DNA of 64,000 nt from positions 54,250,001 through 54,314,000 of the forward strand of contig CM060734.1 in the NCBI GenBank assembly GCA_030704615.1, written 5' to 3'. The translations under genes and the position numbers were made by a program. Under the pieces are notes generated by a model. It searched no databases. It worked only from the letters and a program-made list of their open reading frames with translations, and was not told where the DNA came from. This document shows positions 11,755 to 23,052 of the stretch, piece after piece. Within the stretch, counting starts at the first letter, position 1. Each line of letters begins with the position of its first letter. The stretch comes from Takakia lepidozioides (taxonomy: Eukaryota > Plantae > Bryophyta).

Positions 11755-12022
11755 AAAAAAAATCGGAAAATAGCACGAGTGGCTACAGAGTTTTGCAAAA
11801 CTTAGGCATATATTCTGTTCATCCATTCAAATTAGGACAGAATCATCCATATCCATACTTTCATCCAGATATCATCCATATTTGGCAAATTCATCCATAA
11901 TTTTTATCTTTTTGGAGAAATTTGGCGATTTTATCCATGAGAGAACATGGAATTTGCTACAGAATATTCTTTGCTATTTTTTGAGGTCGCCATTTGGCGA
12001 AAGTTCGCCAAAAAAAAAAAAA
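11755..12022. repeat. Dispersed non-coding repeat (GCACGAGTGGCTAC family)
   Basis: Inverted homolog at about 29705-29965; the terminal motif GTAGCCACTCGTGC also occurs at about 28051. Confidence 0.7.
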
Positions 12023-12670
12023 GTTGGATCCAATTGAACCGAATTTCCATAAGAATATATTTCATGATATTGGGCAGCTTTTCCTAGTTTCTTCAAAAAA
12101 TTTGGACAAGCTCTGATGTGGCAACAATTGCTCAGTTGTAGCCAGCAATGCGTGTGTTGCTGGGAGAGATGAAAATAGGATGAGCAACAACGAAAAATTT
12201 GTGTAGCTAGACTGCCAAGGTACGCATCTCAAGAGGAGTTGCATATCTGCATCATTTTTTTTAAGACCCCCCAGTCTCTGTGAGACTCATCTAGAGAAGA
12301 ACTTTCCCGGAAATGAACTTGCCGATCTAGTAAAAAGTATAAATTAAGAACCCCAAAAGGTTTTGTGACATACAGCCAACTCATCTCAAACCCCAAAGGA
12401 GGCTTGGCTTACTTGGGAAACAATTCAAGGTCATCTCCTCCTAATCTGTTTGGTGAAATTTGAAAACACTATGCAACTACCAATCAACTGACTTAGGCTT
12501 TCTGACATGTAGAAGTTCAAAAAGAATTATTAACACAATTACATTTACAAATACTCAATGAAGCATTAAATCACTTAAACTGGAAATTGGCAGTGTTAGC
12601 CAAATTGTGGACAACACATTTCAGGTGGACACAGTTAAGAGCTGCTTGTTAATTCCATCTTCGGTTAAGA

Positions 12671-12860
12671 CCAGTGTTGGACTGGTAAATAGGGTCCGGC
12701 CGGGTATCAGCCAGGGTATTGAATAACCGACCCGGCTGGTATCGGCAATTCCAATACTATGGTTGATAACCGGACCGGCTGGTATTGCCAAGGCAATACC
12801 CAGGTGCATACCAGTGTTGGTCTGGTATCTGGGTTTCGCCAGGTATCAACCGGGGTCTCT
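12671..12860. repeat. Internally repetitive segment (CCAGTGTTGG x2, CCGGCTGGTAT x2), possibly a DNA-transposon end
   Basis: Direct sub-repeats are visible. CAGTGTT resembles hAT termini, but no partner TIR was found. Confidence 0.35.
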
Positions 12861-13611
12861 CCTAACCTAACCTACTGTTCCCGCAAAACATTTGTAGTCC
12901 CCTACTAGTACCCTACCAGAAGGTTCTCGAGTTCCCCGGCGGCCCCCCAAATCCTACCAGGCGGCGGTTCGGGTTCTCCTTTCCCCAGCCCCTACCAGAG
13001 CTCGACTCATCGCTGCAGGTTTGTTCAGGTATCATATTAATATGCACATATGTATAGACATTATGGATGCAGGGTTTCATGTGTTTATGAGCGCCTCTTT
13101 ATGATCTTCATTTTGCGAGACACTATGGATGCAATTCTGATTCAGTGTATAATTGTATGGGGGTTGGTATCCTATGAGATGATCAAGTTTCCCTTGTGGT
13201 TTTCTTGATTATTCAAATGGCCATTTGAATATGGCCAAGGCAAGCTCCTTAAGGTTGCTGATGATTGAATCCTCAGGGATCGGCCCGGAGAAAGAACGAC
13301 CGCGAGAGCCCAATGGATTTGTGGTGATCAAGTAAGTAGGTGCCTTTCTTAACACCCTCCAGAGTGCAAGCAGCAACTTCATCTGGCTGATCCAATTTGG
13401 AATGGTCGAAATGGTTGATGTCGCGACCTGTCTTGGTGGGAAGTTCAACTGCAAAGGAACCCACTTAGCATGCACCATGAGGATAGAGGTCCGCCTCTTG
13501 TAGCATAAAAGGGCTCAGGCAGTTAGTGCATCAATGACTGCCTTTTCACCTTTACTCTCTGCCCACAACCGCCTTTACTAAGCACTTTCTTTTCACAGTC
13601 TGTTGCTGCTT

Positions 13612-16600
13612 TCACCAGTAGTCCCCACAAGAACAAACCCCATCTTGGAAGTGGTGAAAGCGGTTTGAGTCCCTTACAACAATTGCTCGTCCAGCAATTT
13701 TCGAAATGAACTTGGTGGCCGTGTGGCAGTCACCACAAACCCTAAGGTTCTTAATAACACGCAGCGGTGTCCCATCTGGTGTGCTGATGAGCCCAAAAGC
13801 AATGGCCAGCTTCTCACTGTGGTGGCAAAGAGAAAATTCCTTCATTTCGTCTTTCACATCATGCAAGACAAAGCGCGTGTCAGGCATGTACCCAACTTCC
13901 TTCATCTGCACAGACAATCTCTTGAGCTCAGCATGAATTTCTTCAATTTGTGGATGCAACTTATCTTTCACAGCAAATGTATGAACCCGGTTGCCAATCT
14001 CAATGAAACTGCTCCCGCGCACCTTAATGACACCTGTGTCCTTCATCAGTTTTCTGACCTTTGCTGTATCATCCCACCTTCCAGCTGCAGCATAGATGTT
14101 TGATAGCAGCACATAAGTTTGAACGTCCTGTCGATCCAACTTCAGAAGACATTTTGCCACACGTTCCCCTAGCTCCACATCACCATGAATTCTGCAGGCA
14201 CCAAGCAGGGCCCCCCACACCAAACCGACTGGTTCAATGGGCATTTTGTTAATGAAGTTCTCCGCCTCATCCAATTGGCCCGAGCGGCCAAGAAGGTCCA
14301 CCATGCACCCAAAGTGTTCCACCATAGGAGAAAGACCATGATCATGACTGATTGAATCAAAATAGTGACAACCTTCATCCACTAGGCCCACATGGCTACA
14401 CGCAGAGAGAATACATATAAACGTGACGCTGTTTGGCTTCAAGCCTTCCTGTAGCATTTGTTCAAATTGTTGCAGGGCCTCCCTACCACACCCATGCTGA
14501 GCATATCCTGCGATCATCACTGTCCATGAGACCACGTTTCGTTTAGCCATGTGGTCAAACACTTTCCGCGCATCCTTTATGCTACCACACTTAGCATACA
14601 TGTGGATGAGGGCAGTCTCCAGAATAATATCGGACACAATTCCAGCTTTGATAATGTCACTATGGGCCTCTTTGCCCCTTTCCAGTGCTGCCAGACTGGC
14701 ACATGCATTGAGTACACAAACAAATGTAACCTTATTAGCCATCACTCCTTCCTGTGTCATACGTTTGTACATCTCAAGGGCTTCCCTACCACACCCATTC
14801 TGAGCGTATCCTGCAATCATTGTGCTCCATGAGACAACGCTTCGTTGAGGCATATTCTCAAACACTTTAAGTGCATCCTTTATGCTCCCGCATTTGGCAT
14901 ACATGTGGACAAGGGTATTCTGCAAATTAATGCATGATGCAATTCCAGTTTTTGTGATGTATGCATGGACCTCTTTGCCCTTTTTCAGGGCTGCCAGGCT
15001 GGCACATGCATTGAGAACAGCAATGAATGTGACATTGTCAGGCGTCACTCCTTCTTGTCTCATTTGCTCGTAAATCTCTAATGCCTCCCTACCATAGCCA
15101 TGCTGAGAAAATCCTGTTATCAGCGCACTCCAGGAGACCACATCTAGTTGAGCCATATTGTCAAACACTTGACAGGCATCCTTCATGTTCCCACATTTAG
15201 CGTACATGTGGACAAGGGCAGTCTCCACAATGACATCTTGAACAATTCCAGCTTTCATGAGGTGAGCATGCACCTCTTTGCCCTTTTCCAGGTCTGCCAG
15301 TCCCGCGCATGCCTTGAGAACACAGATGAATGTGATCTTGTCAGGTATCACCCTTTCTCGTATCATTTGCTCATATACTCCCAAAGCCTCCCTTGCAAAC
15401 CCATGCTGAGCATACCCTGCAATCATTGCACTCCATGAGAAAACATTTCGTTGAGCCATGTTGTCAAACACTTGACGTGCATTTTTCAAGGTCCCACATT
15501 TGGCATACATGTTGAGAAGGGCGGTCTCCAGAATGACATCTGAGGTGATTCCAGCTTTAATGATGTCAGCATGGACCACTTTGCCCTTTTCCAGGGCTGC
15601 CAGGTTGGCACATGCGTTGAGAATGCAAATGAACGTGACCTTGTCAGGCCTCACCGCTTCACGTATCATTTGTTTGTACATCTCAAATGCCTCCCTACCA
15701 CATCCATGCTGAGCATATCCCACTATCATAGCACTCCAGGACACCACATCATGTTGGGCAATATTGTTGAAAACGTGATGCGCATTCTTCATGCTCCCGC
15801 ACTTGGCATACATGACAACAAGGGCAGTCTCTAAAATGATATCTTGCACAATTCCAGCTTTGATGATGTCAGCATGGATCACTTTGCCCTTTTCCAGGGC
15901 TGCCAGACTAGCACAAGCGGAGAGAACACATATGAATGTGACCTTGTCAGGTCTCACCCCTTCCCATATCATTTGCTCATACATCTCGAAAGCCTCCCCA
16001 CCATCCCCATGCTGAGCATATCCTGTGATCATGGCATTCCATGAGACCACATCTCGTTGAGGCATCTTGTCAAAAACTTGACGTGCATCCTGCATGCTCC
16101 CACATTTGGCATACATGGCAGCAAGGGCAGTCTCCAGAATTTTATCCGGTGGAACTCCAGCTTTGATGATGTCAGCATGAACTTTTCTGCCCTTTTCCAG
16201 GGAGCCTACGCTGGCACACGCCTTGAGAATACAAATGAACGTGACAGTGTCCGGCATCACCCCTTCCCTTATCATTTGCTGATAGATCTCAAAAGCCTCC
16301 ACACCATACCCATGCTTTGCATATCCTGCCATCATCATAGTCCATGAAAACAAATCTCGTTCAGGCATTTTGTCAAACACTTGGCGTGAATCCCCTACAC
16401 TTCCGCACTTAGCATACATGTTGACAAGGGTATTAAGTAGAAAGATATCCGGCTTGAAGCCACTAAGGATCATGTGAGCGTGCACCTTCTTTCCCTCTAC
16501 TAGGCTTTTCCTCTTGATGCACTCCTGCAAGAGACAAACATAAGTGTTGGACTGTGCGGAATCACTTCCCTGGCTTAAAATTTGCAGGGCCATTTTCAAG

Positions 16601-16776
16601 TGTCCAGCCTTTGATAGTGTCCTCACATCCCAACAAGTGCTAGAAGTGTTCTTGTTGAGCCCCTCTCTTGGTCCTTTTGCAAAAGCAGCGTTCATGGTGG
16701 AGGTGCCTGATCCAGACAACTGTGCCTGGATTAACTCTGACATCCTGCATGACTCAAAATTATTAGTTACAAACAT
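13612..16776 (-). CDS. PLS-DYW pentatricopeptide repeat protein (organellar C-to-U editing factor), 1054 aa, intronless
   Basis: Long PLS array, E1/E2, and an intact DYW domain with HHSEKLA, CGDCH and terminal CSCGDYW. Confidence 0.96.
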   Translation of the reverse strand: MFVTNNFESCRMSELIQAQLSGSGTSTMNAAFAKGPREGLNKNTSSTCWDVRTLSKAGHLKMALQILSQGSDSAQSNTYVCLLQECIKRKSLVEGKKVHAHMILSGFKPDIFLLNTLVNMYAKCGSVGDSRQVFDKMPERDLFSWTMMMAGYAKHGYGVEAFEIYQQMIREGVMPDTVTFICILKACASVGSLEKGRKVHADIIKAGVPPDKILETALAAMYAKCGSMQDARQVFDKMPQRDVVSWNAMITGYAQHGDGGEAFEMYEQMIWEGVRPDKVTFICVLSACASLAALEKGKVIHADIIKAGIVQDIILETALVVMYAKCGSMKNAHHVFNNIAQHDVVSWSAMIVGYAQHGCGREAFEMYKQMIREAVRPDKVTFICILNACANLAALEKGKVVHADIIKAGITSDVILETALLNMYAKCGTLKNARQVFDNMAQRNVFSWSAMIAGYAQHGFAREALGVYEQMIRERVIPDKITFICVLKACAGLADLEKGKEVHAHLMKAGIVQDVIVETALVHMYAKCGNMKDACQVFDNMAQLDVVSWSALITGFSQHGYGREALEIYEQMRQEGVTPDNVTFIAVLNACASLAALKKGKEVHAYITKTGIASCINLQNTLVHMYAKCGSIKDALKVFENMPQRSVVSWSTMIAGYAQNGCGREALEMYKRMTQEGVMANKVTFVCVLNACASLAALERGKEAHSDIIKAGIVSDIILETALIHMYAKCGSIKDARKVFDHMAKRNVVSWTVMIAGYAQHGCGREALQQFEQMLQEGLKPNSVTFICILSACSHVGLVDEGCHYFDSISHDHGLSPMVEHFGCMVDLLGRSGQLDEAENFINKMPIEPVGLVWGALLGACRIHGDVELGERVAKCLLKLDRQDVQTYVLLSNIYAAAGRWDDTAKVRKLMKDTGVIKVRGSSFIEIGNRVHTFAVKDKLHPQIEEIHAELKRLSVQMKEVGYMPDTRFVLHDVKDEMKEFSLCHHSEKLAIAFGLISTPDGTPLRVIKNLRVCGDCHTATKFISKIAGRAIVVRDSNRFHHFQDGVCSCGDYW

Positions 16777-17125
16777 TGATGCTCACATTGACTGAACATG
16801 TTACCTAGCTCTGAGAGGTCAGAGATCTCATGAAAGAGATGCACTCATGGCATGTCAGAGAACTATGTAAGATGTGCAGTAAGGCAACTAACAAGTGAGA
16901 CAAGTGAGACAGACAAAGATATAAGATGGAATATAAAAAAGCACCAACTTCACATGCCAGAACTAGGGATAAAAATGATGAGTACAAGTCTGACTACATG
17001 GAGGGTCCACTTAGCTACAACAAAGGGGGTCGCCTGGGCACGCCTGCAGCCTACTTCACAGATACAAACCTGGATAATTATGTCTAGGGAGAGAATGTAT
17101 AAGACGTTGTTTGCCGTAGCCTTGT

Positions 17126-17330
17126 GGCCATAGACCCCATGCCCAGTTTGGGCGGAACAAGAGGGAACAGACACTTTGTGAGGGGCTCACTCTGGTAGTG
17201 GGACTTACCTTGATATAAACACTTATGTCAGGCTTTCCAGATACCCTCTAAAGCCCTTCACACAAGCATCAATCTGCTGTGTGTAATCACCCCAGCAGTT
17301 AGACCCCAACAAGGCCAGGGCTTTAGGCTC
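17126..17330 (+). repeat. Dispersed ~200 bp repeat, copy 1
   Basis: GGCCATAGACCCC...GGGAACAGACACT...GGGGCTCACTCT..GTAGTGGGACTT...CAGTTAGACCCCAACA..CAGGGCTTTAGGCT recurs at 34741-34938. Confidence 0.8.
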
Positions 17331-17989
17331 AGTTGGTGAACAGAGGCACAGGGACTATGTGCTCTATGGTCCTGAAAAGGGTTGCTGTCCTGATGCGAAT
17401 ACCCCAGACAATGTCAGAAAATGGATATTGTCTGCAGCCCCCCCCCCCCCCTCCACAATTCGGGCATTGACAATCTCCCTTTCTGCTCTACATCTTTTTT
17501 TTGTTCAAAGCTAGACTCCCCCCTCTGAGTTAAAAAAAAAACAAAACAAAAGCCCATTCTCTCCCTCCTCTGACATATGAAGCCGACCTCCTGAGCAAAT
17601 TTTCCTTATATGGAGGACACACGCAACCAACACTGACCTTGGCACATTTAGAGGAATGTCAGTTCCGTTGACATAAGCATCCAGAACCAGAACCACGTAA
17701 GATAAATCTGGTTTCCTTCCTTGACATGGTCCCCGGTACTCTCGACACGCCAAATCTCCACCCAACCTGGTCTTCATCTCTGTATCGAAGACACTGCAGA
17801 AATCTCTATATCACTTCCAAGGACAACGGAAGTTACACATCGTGTACAAAGGAACATGAATTTCTCCCACCTGTGCCATGACCCATGAAGTCAACCTTCC
17901 TCTCTCTCACCTTTCCAAATCGAGTACACGTAACAGGACGACTGGTATTCCATCTTTCTGTCTCTTTATCCTTCTTTGATAAGGAAGAG

Positions 17990-20076
17990 ATGACTGACCA
18001 CCTTGGCACTTCCATTTCAGAAACACTCGCGCATAGATTTGACTTGCAAGATCCAGCAGTCGTGTACTTGGGTGCGAGTGTTGTCCCCTATCCGGTAGTG
18101 CGGGACTTGTGGATCGAGCTCACTCCTGTCTATGGCGTACCCTTCCACCGAGTTAGGCAGCTCAGTCATTCTTGAGAGTCCCAAGGCGCGAGAAAAGGTT
18201 ATTCCACTTTACCTTATGAAACAAGGAGTTATGGCATGTCTGTTGAATCTTTGACATGCACTGTCGAAGAGGAATGGCAAAGGTTTGGGTGGTAGACAAG
18301 ACATACGTCTGGTACATCTATATATGCATTTGTGAGCATATGAGATGTTAACGGAAGCCAGTGCTATGAAAATGCTGCGCGCCCTGTCGGTGAGTTGGTT
18401 TAGGATCTGCTAAGCGTAGTGTACAACAGAAGGAACCACGAATTGATTCCGGGAACTTTTGACCAATATGTTGTTCGGTGAAATGGAAGAGCGAGGAGCT
18501 GAAAGCGCGCCTCTCTAAGCTGCAAGACTTAGCTGACCAAAAGGTCTACAATGAACTCGTGAGGGATGTCACACGACACAGCCGTGATAAAGATCCAGTC
18601 TACTTCTCTTCATACAGGGACCAATTTGGCTTCGGTGAGCCCACATTTGATGCCCGCCATTTGAGTGTCGCAGGCCGTTGGGCGCCAGTTTAGTTGAAGT
18701 GGCATGGTTTGAGCTCTGAATGAGCATACACTGAGATTGTCCCAACGGATTTTGGGGCTATAATCAGCTGGGTCAATGGTCACAGACCTGGGTATCGGTG
18801 TTATTGCTAGAAAATTTCCCTTGGCCTCTTTTTCTTGCTCTCTTGTCAACTCCAGGCATGGGGTCTATGCTTATAAATGATGGAACACACAGATGTCAAG
18901 CATGCTTGTGGGTGTGTGAGAGGCATGTACTCATGGACCATTTGGACGGACTAATTCTATGAGGTACCTTCAGGACGTAATTCCTGTGGAGAACTAACCC
19001 CCCCAAGTGCCGGCCTGTGTTCAAAACCCACTTAAGGGTTTATGAAATACAACCCAAAAATTCATACTGCTCATAGGAAGTTAGCAAGTGATAATGGAAG
19101 GGATAGTATAGACGCAGTTTGTCAGAATGGTTGTGACCCTAGCAGATGTATTGATCCAAGAAGTCAGCCAAGAAGCCTGGCAGTTTAGAAAAGAGGTGTG
19201 CAGTGACAATATGCTAATGCTGTTGAAGAGAGTTTCCCATTTAGAGGAAGAGTCAATTGCAGTACATTAGAAACGTTCATCATCCTCAATAGACAAAAGA
19301 CAGAGACACAGAGAGACAGGCTGTTGTCGGATGCAGATTGTCTTCTCAACATCGCCTACTACAGTGAGGGTGGGGCAACATGGTGCACTGGACACACCCT
19401 TGACCACCTCTTCAACATAAAAACGTCCAAATCACTGTGCTTTCCTTGTGATTCTGTCCTTTGGATTATTACATATGCAGCCTTTCACCTTCAAGAGGCT
19501 TTCCTGTCAACTGATTAAGAGGTTGGTTGTTGATCATCTTTGCAGGGTTACATGTAATGTTGATTATGTTTACGGCCTATATTTTTGGATATACCGTTTT
19601 TCGATCACAATTTAAGGACAATCCTGCTCTGGTATGTCTCATCATTTTCCCTCTAATTTCAAATGGGTGAAGACCATTGATTTATGGCTGTGATCTTTCT
19701 GAATCAGTCCTATTAATTCTCAACCCAAAAGAGGAGGTCGGTTTTGAGACATGGATGCTTCAAGTAAGAGTCACTACAAGAAACATTGGCATGATTGTCA
19801 CTTCACCTGTTTTGAAGACATTTCCCCAGATGTTTAGCTTGGATTTTCTAGGTTTTCGTCTTAGCTCTGTCTGTTGCAGCTGTATTGGTAATTGCTTTGT
19901 GAATTACTAATTTATTAATGGATGATGGAAATGCAGCATGCAGCTGGGGGAGTAATTGGTCTCTTGCTGGCATGTTTGCGGAGATTGTACTTTTTATTGT
20001 ACGGGCGTCTCTTGCCGAGGAAACCTCAAAGAACTCCCCATCTAAGGTGAAAACAAGGACGGGGCGTGTGTTGTAG
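17990..20076 (+). pseudogene. VMA12: V-ATPase assembly factor VMA12/TMEM199-like gene with two apparent frameshifts; exons ~17990-18197, 18490-18634, 19546-19631, 19937-20076
   Basis: The spliced peptide SPKAREK|SEELKARLSKLQDLADQKVYNELVRDVT...FSSYRDQFGF|GLHVMLIMFTAYIFGY..NPAL|HAAGGVIGL..GMFAEIVLFIVRAS matches plant Vma12 homologs. GT-AG introns are in phase. Frame breaks near 18153 and 19963; the start codon is uncertain. Confidence 0.75.
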
Positions 20077-20159
20077 ATATGTTGACAGTCCGAGATTGCA
20101 CTGAAGCAAACACAGCCCAAACCTGACAAAGCTCTGTTCAAGAAGATAGCTGCTGGTTT

Positions 20160-20720
20160 TCTTCATCACCAGTGTGAGAAGTTGGCCATTATTGTCAGGC
20201 TCATTAGCATGCCCCCTAGTCCGCCTCTGTCATGAAGAACCCTCAGGTGTGTGGTGACTGCCACATGGCAACTTCATGGATATGCCAAATAGAATGTGGT
20301 GGCCTGGAACACCATGATTACAGGGTATGGTCAGCATGGGTGTGGTATAGAGACTTTAAGATCAATGAGCCAATGATACAAGAACAGGTAACAAACAATC
20401 AATTGTGTTGTCAATGTGTTTTAAAGCCTATGATCTCTGGAAAAGGGTGTAAAGGTTCATGCTGCAGGAGAGCTGTAACTACGCGATAAATGTCACCCTG
20501 AAATCTTTGTTGACATGTATGCCAAATGCATGACTGTTCTCACAGGAAGTAACGAATGCATGATACGATCAGCTTGGGTGTTGTATGGAGGCTTTAAAAT
20601 TCCATGAGCAAGTGATATGTGGATGAGTGACACCAATAGGGTCATGTCCATTGACATTGTCAAATGCGTGTACTGGTCTGGCATTCCTGGAAAAGGGCCT
20701 GGAGATCAAAGCTGGCCTGT
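20160..20720 (+). pseudogene. Degenerate DYW fragment followed by degenerate PPR repeats
   Basis: HHQCEKLAI..., KNPQVCGDCHMAT, then VAWNTMITGYGQHG and DMYAKC remnants with frameshifts. Confidence 0.75.
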
Positions 20721-23052
20721 GAGTTGAATTCGCTTTTGTTCAGAACATCTTGCAGCTGTTGCACAACGGACAGCCCATGACCTGCAACCTTCAGTAAATA
20801 GGAGCAAAGTTTATGGAGAAAAGATTTGATAGAAGGAAATTTTCCATCATCTTTGAGCTATGCAGGTCCCAACAGCTTTTATAGTGGAGATATGAAATTT
20901 TTTCTTTCTAGCAAGGCTGAAGTGATATGATCTTATCATGGTGTAGTTGCAAATTGGAGACTCCCAAATTTGATCATATGGTGGCCCATTTATTGTCCAG
21001 ATGACCCCACTCACTTGACCCTATTATGATCTGTTTATGTGTGTTATGTAGAGGATGCGGACTCCGGAGTGTACCTATTCAATAACTAGCCACCAATATT
21101 GGGGGCATTTTACATGCATCTCTGATCCTAATCTAATGCCCGTATGCCTTAGAACTAATAGCTACTGGACACCAAAGAAGGGGTTTGCACCGCAATGGGT
21201 GCTGCTACCCGCGCCATACTATTCAGCAGTAGAAATTCTAATTCTTATCTAGTATTCGAGTAATATGTACAATGTACATTAACATTCATGCCCGCATGTA
21301 TGATCTGAGTTCGGCGGTGGACCAATCGGTACTGGTGGTGCCTGGAGGCGACGAGAGTTTGCGTGAACGTGTTTGAGCTCCTGCAATCAAACACGAATAA
21401 TCTTGCGTTACATTCAAGGGGTAGGTCCTGCAGTTTTGATTGGATAGAATAGATTGTACATACCTGCAAATCGTGCAATGCGGTGTTCGATGTTCCGTTG
21501 GGAAAAACCAAATCATGCTCCCCATAGGATGATGCGAGACCTGCAGGAGACACAACTGCGCCCCGGAACACTAGTTAAGGATGAGATCAGTTCTTGCTAC
21601 AGCATTCCCTGGACTAACAAAATTTTATGCATGTATCACATGAATCTTAGTTGTTTTTCAAGTCATGTGAAACTTCAAGCTGTGATATAAGCAGTGGAAT
21701 CGTTCCAACCCCAGTGACGCTGCTCTCAGGATACGCATCTACAAGACTGAAATATCGTAGTACTAGTTTATACCGAGGTCACTTTCATGAGATTGTCGTT
21801 TCTGTAGCATGCAGTCCGAAGTGGTAACCTTGTCGTCAGGAGGGGAAATGAGAATAGGTTCAGGTGCACACGAGCACACTATGTACCTCTGTACAAAAGA
21901 TGGCGCGAGCGTCTGCTTGCACCAGAGACAAAGAGGACCTGCATGCTTTCAGTTATTACCAGTAGCTGGAGGATCAGCACTTTTGGGAGGGTAGATTCAA
22001 CGCGATGGTGCTTATGACCCTTCTGGCCGGCGGCCATGTAGCCGGCTGATCCCTGGGATCCTACACAGTACTTTGTCTAGGTGCTGCAAATGTCTTCCAA
22101 GCCAAATGAGTTTGTATGTAGATCTAGTCCGATCTCTCTCTCTCTCTACACCACCGAGCGGTGAAGAATGCAAACGGAACATGACTAAGTCGATGCATGC
22201 TCGTCTTCTGTCAACGCACGGGCAGAGGGTTCTTGTGGAGTCAAGCTGAGGACGTCATCTTCCCTGCATGACGCAGAGGGAAGTTGCCCGACAGACGGGC
22301 CCGACCAACACGAGGCCGTAAAGAAATGCCACCATTTCCCTGCCTAAAAGAAATGTAAAAAAACTCCTTTACCCTAATGTAAGAACTTAATGCACACGTG
22401 CAACCTCGGACAGGATGGTACGCCGGTTTCCGGCATGTCAAATCTTCCCCACCCTCTCGTGAGAGTGACATGGAGTGTGAACTCCAGTCGGGGTTACACG
22501 AGGTGTGTAACTCCAGAGTATAGCTTCACACGCCAATAAACAAAGTAAATTTGTGATAAGGAAAGTTCTAGGCGTCCGCGCTCACGCGGCAAAGTTAAGT
22601 TACAGCGCGATGAGTGCGATGCGGGCCAAGCAATTCAGCACCAAAGGTCTCGCTCTAGGGTTTTGCGGTCACTCCTGCATACATATGTGATTGCCTGGTG
22701 GTGCGGAGAAGGGAACAAGTGATAGCACCGTCACAGACTTCTCCAGCGGCGATCGGCTAGCGTGTCCAGTGTGTGGTACATCCTGATCCTACAACTTTAC
22801 TCCTCCTTTTGTGTGGATTTTCTTCATAAATCTCATAGAATTTCCATCTTGCAGTATTAGCGTCTTGAGCTCAACAAGAGAAAAATTGTGAGTCTTCGTC
22901 CGTCTGGCCAAAAGCCATCATAATTTCAGGAAGCTTCGCGTTGAAGTCCCTCTATCACGGCCTTGTTCTCTCGCGTGTTCAGTATCTGGTGATCTGAAAC
23001 CTGGGCTGATTGATTCCTGCTACCACTATAAGCAGGGGATATTCTTGCGAGG

